A stretch of 64,000 nucleotides of DNA from Chrysomallon squamiferum (Eukaryota > Animalia > Mollusca): NCBI GenBank assembly GCA_012295275.1, contig CM022679.1, positions 28,892,001 to 28,956,000 of the forward strand. Direction: 5' to 3'. Numbering within the stretch: the stretch's first letter is position 1; each line of letters opens with the position of its first letter. Positions 53,073 through 64,000 of this stretch are shown piece after piece. Under the pieces are notes generated by a model. That model ran no database searches and was not told the DNA's origin. It saw only the letters and a list, made by a program, of their open reading frames with translations. The position numbers were made by a program, and so were the translations under genes.

Positions 53073-53410
53073 TCTCACTATAAATGTTTATTTTTATTTT
53101 AATTAGTAAAGAAAATCTGTAAAAATCCTTTGGAAATACGTAATTATATTGCCAGTAAATATTTGAAAAGGTTTCTGAGGATCTTTCTGTTATTGTTTAT
53201 CATTTTAATTAATTATTTTTAAAGTTTAGAATAAACTAGATATCTTTTTTCAGTCATTGTGTAAAACATCTGATGCTATATTTGATGTGTTTGTTTTATA
53301 AAACCTCTTTTCCATTTAGTGGCCAGCGAAATCAGGTTTTTACCAACATCAAACTTCGGAAAACAGAAACAAATGATCGCTCAACTTCTAGAATAAATCA
53401 GAACTTCTAG
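38173..53410 (+). CDS. BAIAP2: IRSp53/BAIAP2-family protein (I-BAR/IMD + SH3 + Pro-rich + C-terminal WH2-like), 16 coding exons, ~569 aa using the 52663 acceptor
   Basis: Exons 38173-38220, 39855-39930, 41130-41222, 41637-41698, 42319-42390, 42727-42858, 43371-43436, 43742-43828, 46641-46739, 47116-47281, 47974-48154, 48645-48716, 49095-49245, 49911-50078, 52663-52808 (longer alternative from 52071), 53320-53410. The total is 1710 nt, in frame. IMD: EETYKLTESIYRNLSESFNPAIRQVIACGKAYHKAL and ALLEERKYYCYLLDR. SH3: VRALYSHTG..QLSFSDGDMITLIGEKADGWQYGFN..KFGWFPLSFT. WH2-like tail: VFTNIKLRKTETNDRS. The symbol is a family-level assignment (BAIAP2/L1/L2). Confidence 0.88.
39958..40330. repeat. Compound (GT)n/(TA)n microsatellite
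   Basis: Seen directly in BAIAP2-like intron 2. Confidence 0.92.
43519..43597. repeat. (CT)n microsatellite
   Basis: Uninterrupted tc run in BAIAP2-like intron 7. Confidence 0.97.
45926..46012. repeat. (GT)n microsatellite
   Basis: Seen directly. Confidence 0.95.
46921..46990. repeat. (ATT)n microsatellite
   Basis: Seen directly. Similar tracts lie at 10408-10455, 15078-15135 and 61612-61662. Confidence 0.95.
52071..52662 (+). CDS. Probable alternative 5' extension (~197 aa, Pro/Ser-rich) of BAIAP2-like exon 15; needs a +1 frame change near 52320-52325
   Basis: Strong acceptor tttcatctttcttctagcag ends at 52070. A GC-rich, coding-like island follows. Two overlapping ORFs (52071-52406 and 52336-52812) join into ...STPSTLTRSPSIRS...STPPTPTLSRSPSVRS... 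if one C is removed. Confidence 0.6.
52928..53150. mobile_element. ~80-bp-arm inverted repeat (MITE-like/foldback element) in the last BAIAP2-like intron
   Basis: 52928-53008 (aatataattacttatttgcaaagcatttttacaaattttcctcaataattaaaataaaaataaatatttatagtgaaaaat) is the near-perfect reverse complement of 53071-53150. The loop contains (CA)n. Confidence 0.6.
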
Positions 53411-56400
53411 TGAAATATGTAAACTAACACTGACAAACAACATTCAGCTGACAATGCTCTCAGAAGATAACACTGAAAAGAATGTAACCATATGATAACA
53501 GCATTAAACAAAAATAGCATTTGATCGAAATGTAACTAAATAATAACTGGAGTGAGCATTCATCTGAATTAAACTAACTGGTGATGTCATTTAACAAACA
53601 TTTTACACAAGAAAATTACAGTTCACAAACTCCTTTATTTTTTTTTTTTAAATAATTTTTATCTCTTTGTGTTTATTTTGTAACTGGTGAGGACTCTAGA
53701 CTAGCTGTTTACAAATCTGAACCAGTTTGATCAACAGCTTGAAGTTGCTGGACTGTATTAAATAAGCAGTCATATTTGTCAAATGTTTTTACAATGAATT
53801 CTGGGACTTGTTAATCTATCTATCTATGTATCTATCTATCTATCTATCTGACTCTCTTTCTATCTGTCTATCTATTCTGTCTGTCTGTCTCTCTATCTGT
53901 CTATCAAAAACTGGCTGTATAAGAGAGTAATCCAGTGTTGTAAATATCAAAAGTTTGCTGCCAAAAAACTTTGACCTTTAGTGAATAAAAGTTATCTTGT
54001 TGTCTAAAATGATCAGTTTCTTTATATATATTATATAAAAATATGAGGAAAAAGAAAAGAAAATTTCAGATCCTTTTTGTTTTTATTTTTGTGATAAAGA
54101 ATGTTAGTCAGAAAATATATTTTTGTTTTATTTTTTTCTTTTTATTGTTTTCTTTTGTTAAATTACTGTTATGTTTTTGTTTTATTTTATATTATTGTTA
54201 TTACTGTTATGTTTCTTGTTATTTTTTTTTTCTGATATAAATTTAGTAATGCAGGTTTATTTATTTACATAAACAAAATTATTACACATAATTACATGTA
54301 TAATTAAGATTTCAAACCCTTAGTGTAGACAATAAATTTATTTTAATTAAAAATAAAATTAAAATTTCAAATATACATATGCATGTATATATAATTTTTA
54401 TTATATCAGATATTTTATTATTTGATTATTAATGAAATATCTGTATTTTTTAGGTAAAACTTTAAAGTTTAAATTCATTATGAAAACTGAAACAACAAAT
54501 CATACTTTTGAAAATTAATATTTTCTGCATGGATTTCCTAAATTTAACATTTTTTTTTGGCAAATTTTAATCCTAAATAATTATATTATCAAATCATACA
54601 TAAGTTCAGTTTCTGTCTAGGGAGGGTGAAACCTGAATGGGGGAGTCTAGTGGTTCTGGATCAGCTTTTCTCTGCCTACAAAAACAATTAATAATAATAA
54701 AGTTAAACAAACAAATAAAAGATGGTTCTGATGCAAGCTTTTAAAAATTATTTAAATTTTATACTTGAGAACAAATAGATAATTCCTTCTTACCTGTACA
54801 GTTTAGCAGTTTGTAACAAACATAAAATAAATTTGTTTTTATAAACTTTGTCATTTGAGGCTATTTGTAGATTCATAACTGTGAAGGTTTACAAATCTGC
54901 AACAATTCTGTAAGTGTCAATATTAACAAATTGCTATCAAATCATGCATAAACTTTTTATTTGTAAATATTTTTTATATTACTACATTTAATACATTGTG
55001 ACTGCATAAATGTATAGATGTTTTAAAAATAAAAGAATTTGGATGCTTTGGAGATGTGTAAAATAAAAAAAAAAAAGAGTTGTGTGTTTTATATATCTCT
55101 TTATTAATTCACTGTACAACAGAAAATCAAAGTTATATTAAACCTAGTGGAATTCATATTGGTTATAAATGAAATCAGCAGTGACAATGGAAATGTAATT
55201 AAATACTTAATGTTAATCAGTTAATAAATTTACACTAATTTACAAAAATATCTTTTAAAACTTTTAGTTTAATCAGGTTTTTTTAATTTAACATGAAAAA
55301 TGTAATTTTTTATTTAAAATAAAAATATATTATTAGCGCTAAATACATATACAGTTTTTCATTTTGCAAACATTTTATTGTTTGGATTATTTCAAATCTA
55401 CATTGCAAAATGTTGATGAATATTTATATATTTGGATTACCTTTGTGGTTACTAGTTTAAATCTTTTTTATAATGAATTTTGTACTTGAACCCAATTTAT
55501 TTTAAGATATAAACATGATCTGCAGTAGAAATTTCTCTGGGATAAAACATTTTTTATTTATTTTATTTTAATTGTTTTAAGTTTATGTTAATATATGTTC
55601 AATATTAGATCACAAAAATGTATTTAATATTTTTTACCTTTTTATATATAATTGTTGTAATAATCTGTGTATATTGGATTAAATATACATTCCATCTTCA
55701 ATAATGGAGGACAGTAAGTGATATTTCTTTATAGTAAATTCCTCATTTAACTGTGGAGATCAGTATATATTTATGTATTAATATTTTTGATGAAGATTAT
55801 GTGTGTATTTGTGGTAAATTTATCTTTAACATGAAGATCTATATAATTATATTTGTTATATATTTTTTATTTCAAAATTGGAGATGTAATTATTATTAAT
55901 AATTATAATTTAAGTCTGAAGATCTGGTTGTTAAGGAATTTGTTGATTTTGTTTTTTAGATTTGTTTTCTGAAGTCTGTCTAAACTGATAAACATAGTGT
56001 TAAATTTAAGGTCATATGCAGTATTAATGCAATTAATATTTTGCTCAATTTGTCTTACATTCCAATTCTTTCCATCTGTGTACTGTGTATAAGTAACAAA
56101 CAATGATACAGAAACAACAACATTTTTATAATCACATAATACTCCTGGTTTTTTTTTAGTAAGTAGTTGAGAATTATTAATGGTGATATATATAAAATAG
56201 AATGCAGTCATTTTCAGTCTTTTCATGAATGTTTCAGACATTTCACATAATGACTGGTTTCACAGATTGACTCTGTTGTATATAAATATATATAGAGATT
56301 ACCATAGTTTTTTTTATTCTGCATGGCAGTTGTTTTGATGTGATCTACTGTTGTTGTTTTTTTAATGTATATAATTATGAGATAGAAATATCATATAATA

Positions 56401-58003
56401 CTTCAATTATAGCAAAATGCTGAACATACTGTTTTCTGTTCACTTTTGTTGCAGTAATTTTCTTCAGTGCAGGGGTTTCATGTATACATCTGTCAATGTT
56501 TTCTACATTTTATTTTTTAAACTTAATTCTTTTGTTTGTTTCAAAGAACAAATGCTTTTTAAAACTTATATATGTATATATTTTTAAAAATAATTTCACT
56601 TTTGGTTTTTATTTTAGTTTGTAATAAAAACTGCTATGTAATTTTGCTATCATTTTATAAACTTTTATATTTTTGATTGATATTTTTTTACTCCTTTGAA
56701 AGACTTGCAGTTTACTGGTCTTATGATATTTCTTTTTGACACATACACTTATAACCTTTCTTTGCATACATACACTTTGCCTTTGTACAAATTAATTTTA
56801 TATTTAACTGTTTGTTGCTGAATATCAAACCATTTTTTTTTTTTTTTAATTTTGGACTTGGAGTTTCCTGTAATTAAGTATTTTTGTTTGTGAATTTATG
56901 TTTCGTGAATGTGAAAAACTGAAAAATTATTTTTTATCATTATGAGGATAAATATTGTTCTTAGATATGGTTAAGCATATGGACACATTTTCATTTATAC
57001 ATACATACATACATACACACATACATTCATACATACAGATGCATATATGTACACATATACATGGATGTGTATGTATATGTTGTAAGTTTGTATATGTGTA
57101 TATGTATATGTGTGTGTGTGTGTGTGTATATATATGTATGTACATACATTATTTTAATTGTAGAGTGATTGTTTTGTAGTTTATTGTTACAGCATTGCAG
57201 TTATTACTACAGTTTTAATCACTTTGTAAGTTTTTAATTATTAGTTGTTATGTATCAGTTAATCAAGATTTTCTTGTTAATATTTTTGTTATTGATATTA
57301 TAACATTTTGTTGTGCCTTTTTACAAAATTTTCATAATTATTAAGCATTATATATATATATATATCAGTTATTCTGAATTTTTTAATTATTAATACTGTA
57401 AATTTTAAAACACTATATAAATACACTAAGCCAGTATATTGTTTTAATCATGATGTTTATAAATGGTTGTGATTTGTGAAATGATATGAACAAGATGATT
57501 TAATCATATTATTACTAATATATGTTTTGTAATTTATTTTATTTTGTTTTTTGAACTTGTAAGTCAGTGTTGAGACCAATTAGTTATTTCTATCACATTG
57601 CAAGGGTTGTGATTTATCAAAATTTTATAAACAAGGTTTAATCATTTTTTTTTTTTTATTTTGTATTTTTTTTAACTATACACATGTATAATAATATACG
57701 AATTTTATAATATTATCATTAGTTTAAAAATAATAATAATACAAATTACCTTAAATTTTTAATGTTTGTAGCTATTGTGTTTTAAAAATCAAAATTTGTT
57801 TTAAATTCTTGATCAGTGCCTAGCCACACAAAGTGCCATGAAATTTGGTTACATATAATAACAATAAGATTTTAAAAAGATTTGTTCAGGGAAAAGATTT
57901 TGAACTGCAGATGGTTTGGGTTATAGTAAAATATGTTTTAAACTGACGTGCTAATATTACATATACATAATTCACAGTTACAGACATACATGTTTTGTTT
58001 TTC

Positions 58004-58039
<36 letters not shown>

Positions 58040-58067
58040 AGCAATAAATACATTAAGTTATGAAGAT

Positions 58068-58103
<36 letters not shown>

Positions 58104-58834
58104 TTACAATATATCTGCAAACATTTATTATTTTTACCATACACCAAACTAACTGATCTATGATATTAAAAATTGCAGAAACTGAAGATTTAGTTTGTAA
58201 ATCAATATTCACTCTGAAAGGGGTAAAACAATGATCTGATCAAATTGTATGATTTTGCTTTATTTTTAATTTTTAAATTTTTTTTTTTTTTTTTTTTTCA
58301 TAATTGCTTTCGTAACGTGATGTTATTTAACGCTTAAAACACAGGCTTTCACTCTCACACTTGTACTTTAAATTAGCCACCCAGGTTGATGGAATTATTA
58401 AACCACCCAGTTCAAAACTGGGCTGGAGAAGATTGTGTTGATCTTACAAAAATATCCCACAAGAGCAATCTCCTGCTGGGCTGGTTTCCTGACATTTACA
58501 GCAGTGTCGGTCTGTTTTAGTTCATCTGTTGTACGTTTGTGTGTGTGTGAGTGTGTTATATATATACACACATCTGTTAATACTGTACTAAAGTGATCAT
58601 TTGCTTTTTAAACCTATCTGTAAAACTATTTTGTGCACCATTTAATATGCAGATTCCACCGATATAAATACTTATATTTTTTAAAATACCATTTTACTGG
58701 TTTCAGTAGGATTAGTTTTGGTGTTGGGTACAAAACAGCTTGATTTTATTTTAATTTTTTTAAATGATATATTAAAGTAATGCTGAATATCGAAAGAACA
58801 AACCAGAATAATTTCATTATTATTATTATTATTT

Positions 58835-58938
58835 ATTTTATTTTATTTTATTTTATTTTATTTTATTTTATTTTATTTTATTTTATTTTATTTTATTTTA
58901 TTTTATTTTATTTTATTTTATTTTATTTTATTTTATTT
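58835..58938. repeat. (TTTTA)n pentanucleotide microsatellite
   Basis: About 20 tandem copies seen directly. Confidence 0.95.
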
Positions 58939-61613
58939 AGTTGCTTGAAAGAATGTAACTAGATTTATCCATTCATCAAGCCAGCAGTTGGATAGATATT
59001 TGTCCATATTTGAAATTTTAAGTGTACCTTTGGTGATAAGAAAAAACAAGTCTACATGTATACTTCCAAATTAAGTTTTATTCAGAGTTATAAAAGGCTA
59101 AAGTTTAAAAAAATCTGGCTGAAGCCATTTTTTCGGCAGTTGTGACATCATCATGTAAACAGATGGGCCAGTCTGCTGAAGTTTGGCAGGAAAAAAACAA
59201 AAAAAGCTTTAGTCTGCCCTATATGACTAGTTTTAAAGAATTAAAATGTTCATGTTTTGTAAAATATTATTTTACTCTCGTACTTTTTTATAAGCAGTGT
59301 CAGGTCACTGAAAAAGGTAAAAACAACTTGAATAATGAATTTATTAAACTATTTATTTGGACTTCCACAGAAACACTTTAAAAAGTTTTGTAAGGTTAAT
59401 TGTTGTACTGTGTTACTGATGATTATAGTTGCTCAAACCAAATGTAACTTGTAACTATAAATAATTTTTTTAGATGATTCATTTCTGTCACCAAGTGTAC
59501 ACTTGAATCAGAAAATCAAACATCAGTTTGGTTACAAAATGGCTGAGCAGGGTGTATACAATGGGCTCCATACTGTACATTTGAAATCTTTGATTTAAAA
59601 AAAAAAAAAAAAAAAAAAATGTTTGAAAATCAACATTTGAATCTTTACTGTTACAGAATGTATTGTTTCAATAAAAAAAAAAAGTTTTTGTTTTAATAGA
59701 TATTACTTCTGAATCTTCACAGTGATAAAATTTATCATTATTTGAATAAAACAAATATTTTATTTTATAAAATTTATTATTATAATAAAACTTTTGATAA
59801 AACAAATTTTAATTTTTTTAATTTTATTTTTTTTTTTTTTTAATAAATATAATTTTTTAATCTTTACAGATATAAACTTTATTATTGTAATAAACTTTTG
59901 GATAAAACAAATAAATATTTTGTTGTTTTAATATTGTTTTTGAATCTTTCCAGATATGTAATATTTTATTATTAAATGATTGTGCCTGTAATCTCTGTTT
60001 AAACTTGTTTGTGATAACCAAACTTTAAGTCAGATTGACCTTAATATTTTAAAATAAAATTGTACATCAATCGCTCAAAATTAATTTCATGTTACAAATA
60101 AAACTGTTATTTCAACATTTTTGGTTGTTTGTCTTTTTTGTTCTTGTTTTTAATTTTTAAAAACTTGTGTAAATATTTTCGATTAAGAAAACTTACTTTA
60201 TAAACTGTGGAAAAGTAAAAATAAAATATTTTTGCAGAAGATAAATACATCAATTTAAAGGCAGTTAATGTTATAGATACATAGCTAAAAAACAAAATCT
60301 TCATAATAGATAACCTTTTTGACATTTCGTAATCGTACACATATACATAAAAACTGCAACCACTATAAAGAATGGCATCATATGATACATTTTTGTATTT
60401 TCTAAAGTGTTTTTATTTCATTCTTACTACTTCATTTGTCTTTGGTGGCTAATTTCTGGTAAAATTGATAAAATAAAATCTCACAAAAAAAGTCAACTTG
60501 GCCATCTAAATAATACAAACATTAAATTAACTTTTATTTCTCAGCTTAGAGGCTTATTCACACAATACTGATTTTGTTTTGAAAGAAATCTAACCTTTTA
60601 TGGATGAAGCTGATATCTAAGTTTTTTACCATTTGTGTCTGTGATGCCAAACAATGCGAAATTCATAATTATATTTATTGTTTTTTGAGTGGTAAACAAA
60701 CTATATTTCTTGAAGAAAGAAATATAGTTTACCAAGTTGACATATTTTTATTCTTTGAATATATAAAGTTTCATAGTTTATATTTGACATAGCAGGAAGG
60801 AATCTTTTAAACACACCTTCCCCATAACTTTTAAACTTGATGAAGTGTCTGTTTAATGACTCTGGCACACTGACTCATACAGAGAACAGACATTCCAACG
60901 ATGAATGTTTTGTGAACATATGTTACAGGAAATATGTATTATTCCCGAAATTTTCAGAAAATATGCGTGATGTTTGATCCTCTCAGGACATGCAATGGCC
61001 ACACAAAGATCAGCCTCTAACTGGAATCCATGCAGAATTTCACGAGGGAAGCAAGATGATGACAGGCCACTGTGAGCAACAGAAGCTAACAGTGTTTGCA
61101 AATGGAGGATACATAATTCCATAGTGAAGACAGGAGTTCTTGTGAAACTGAACACTTTTGAGTCTGTCAGTCAGTCTGTTGTATTTTTAAACACCTAACC
61201 GACAAACAGCCATGTCCTTAATGTCATCTTTCTACAAACCCTTTACTCTCTGATGTCTAGGTTTCCCATGAACGTCACCACCATATTAATTTCAGTTCAG
61301 TGACTACACATATTTTCTTTAATTTTCTAGAATTATCCATTTTTCCTGTATTACACATACACACTGTACTGTTAGAGGAAATATGATTTTAATATTATTA
61401 TTAAAAACTTTAATTACAGTAACAGTGTAACAGTATTTGTAATAACAATAATAACAATGCCAAAAAAACATACTGGCCACTCTAAACTGTTTTTAATGGT
61501 TTGTAAATGCAACATGACAAAAAGGAAGAGAACAAGGCAAAGATTTATACTAACATATTTGATCTCATTAGAATTCATCAAGATATAAATTATGATAAAA
61601 AATGAAAAAAATA

Positions 61614-61653
<40 letters not shown>

Positions 61654-63035
61654 TAATAATAATTTACAATTGATTTAAAAACTTAATATTCTTTTCAGGC
61701 TTCCCCACCAGTAGTTATGATATTTTTTCAAAATATATTTTGATTCAATTTAATGAAAATAAATAAACAGTATCACAAGTAATTTTCAAAGTATAATAAC
61801 AATGAGCTCTCTATATCATAATAAAGCAAAGGAAAATGCAAAATGCACTGTCATACATAATGAAAATGATATTGCCATGTAGAAAAGCAGTAGAAAAAAA
61901 AATTAAATTTAAAAATGCTATCTTTTTAAACTAACTAGTTAAATAACAATACTGGAAACGAGACATTCTACTTGCTGTTTACTTAAACCTATTTCAAACA
62001 GGCAGCCTAAGTTTGAAAAACTTGTGTTAACATATAAAAAAAAACCCACAAAAAAACCATCATTTTTTAAAATTTATATCTCGTTATTCTGACGGTAAAT
62101 TCACAATTGTTTAATTTAAACACAAAATTAAAGTTGTGTAAAAAGGGATAAAAAAAATAATAATAAAACAAATAAGTAAACAATACAGAAAAATTTTAGT
62201 AGTTAAAATGACTAAATTCACAGAATTTAGATAACTTCCCTTTAAAAACTAATAACTAAATAAATAAATAAATAAATAAAATAAACTGACGGAATGTGTA
62301 AGAACAATAAATGATAAAAAATGAATATCTTTTTTCTAAAATTAATATTTAAATTTTTAACAAATTAAAACAATATTCTGTTCATCAATGGAAATTAGTG
62401 CTTCTTTCATCATAATTATATTAATTTGACTATCAGGGAATTAAAATGTTGGTTTGATACTGGTAAGAGCCATGCATTATTTTGTTTCATTTTTGTATAA
62501 ACATAAAAAACATAAAGAACCAAAGACAAAAAAGTACAAAAACAAACCAACAACTAGCAAAAATATTTAATGATTTGCTGGTGAATTAACAGATTTGAAA
62601 TTTAATTAAATAAATTAAAACAGTAAATATAAAAGTAATCGTATTCCATCATGTACAAAACATTAAAAAAAAAAAAGAAGAAAAAAATCCATTTTTACCT
62701 AACAACTGATTAGCCAGACAGAGAGCAGCAGTTGGAACGTGAAATCAGTTAAGTGGAGGAACAACTACTTAATACTGATCTGCATTAAAAGTTATTAGAT
62801 AGAGAAAACAACACAAACATATGCAGTGACTGAGTAATGTTTAGAATTGGAAATCAATGTAATGAAACAATAAAGGTTATTTAAACCTCACTTGTTTTTT
62901 TTTTTTCAAAACTTATTAACAATTCAACACTTTCAGTCTCCAAAATAAATTAAAACTGACACTAATTTTACATACATTCTTACAAGCACCCACACCTCAT
63001 TCATTCAAAAGAAAGACATTAATGCAAACTTGTTG

Positions 63036-63710
63036 TCAACTGTTAGTTTCACTTTCACTTTCACTTGCGTCGTCAAATTGACTCTCCTCAACTGGCAGGT
63101 CAAGTTTGAAATCTCTAGGATAACTCGGAGCGTGGATGTCGTACGCTAGGAAACACGATTCTGCATCACTGGATACCTGTTGCCAGGCAATGTCAGTGGA
63201 ATCACCAATGTTTACTGAATCTGTGGAATGAAGTATTAAACAGGGATACTAATGTGTTTTAACTTTTGTAACAAAACACACTTCTGACAAATAAGGAATA
63301 ATGAGTTATTTAAAAAAAAAAAAACAATAGAACAAAGGTAAAATTATTACACTGCTGATTATTAATAATCTTTAATTACAAATAAATAATCAATAATTAA
63401 ATGTGTGGATATGGTTAAAAGCATATTACTGGCAGAGAAAATGAGAATTCTTTGGAATTTGCAAAAATGAGGAGGGACAACAAAATCCTCAATGAAAATT
63501 AACTATACAATTGTTTTAATAAAAGAATAACAAATCAAAATAAGTAATAAGTAAATAAATAACTAAATAAATAAATAAATAAATAAATTTCTGAATGGTA
63601 AAGAGAAAATAACAAACCAAACTGTCCAGTCATTGTATCAATTTCTTCCTCCCAGTTCTCATCCGACACAATAAAATCTGTTGACACTGTTGGACATGGA
63701 TTCACAGCAT
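63036..63710 (-). CDS. Last two coding exons of an unidentified gene that extends beyond the window's right end
   Basis: Exon 63710-63618 (ttttttgttgtag acceptor, GTTTGT donor, 93 nt, phase 1-1) and terminal exon 63220-63036 (cacag acceptor, TGA stop) join in frame: (D)AVNPCPTVSTDFIVSDENWEEEIDTMTGQFDSVNIGDSTDIAWQQVSSDAESCFLAYDIHAPSYPRDFKLDLPVEESQFDDASESESETNS*. Both are GC-balanced islands in AT-rich DNA. Confidence 0.75.
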
Positions 63711-64000
63711 CTACAACAAAAAAACCAGTCAGTTAGTTTAATATTTATCAGAAGTGATAAGCAGAGCAAAAAATCTACCGTAAAACAAATAAAAATAAAA
63801 TATTTTAACAGTCTAGTAGGTTCTAGAATACAAATCAAGTAATGAACAGAGCACTGGATGTGCTTATGAAGATGAAGTAGCATCAACAGAATTTTTAATT
63901 TATTTGTACCATTCTTAATGTATTATACACAGCATATGTTATCAAAATGCATACATGAATTATTAACAAAAATATCTATAAATACACACGTACCTACATA

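Overview
AT-rich, intron-rich animal genomic DNA. It is probably a lophotrochozoan or mollusc, inferred only from composition and protein style. Manual exon tracing (GT-AG, phase-checked) gives four complete genes and one partial gene: NudE/NDE1-NDEL1 homolog (+, 143-13365, 9 coding exons, 316 aa); MOSMO/C16orf52 (+, 20178-21771, 3 exons, 168 aa); mitochondrial aconitase ACO2 (-, 37261-26007, 21 exons, ~783 aa); an IRSp53/BAIAP2-family I-BAR-SH3-WH2 gene (+, 38173-53410, 16 exons), head-to-head with ACO2; and the last two coding exons of an unidentified gene (-, 63710-63036). The most striking anomalies are in ACO2. Exon 15 needs a +1 frameshift at a CCC-UGA site. Exon 19 has its catalytic GSSREH motif replaced by a mosaic of the adjacent 61-bp minisatellite. 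The BAIAP2-like gene also has frame changes at C-runs. Together these most simply indicate assembly or consensus errors, but the CCC-UGA site matches a known +1 recoding signal and deserves a direct check. Most other ORFs in the supplied track are microsatellite or AT-rich noise. No tRNA, rRNA, CRISPR array or transposase was seen.
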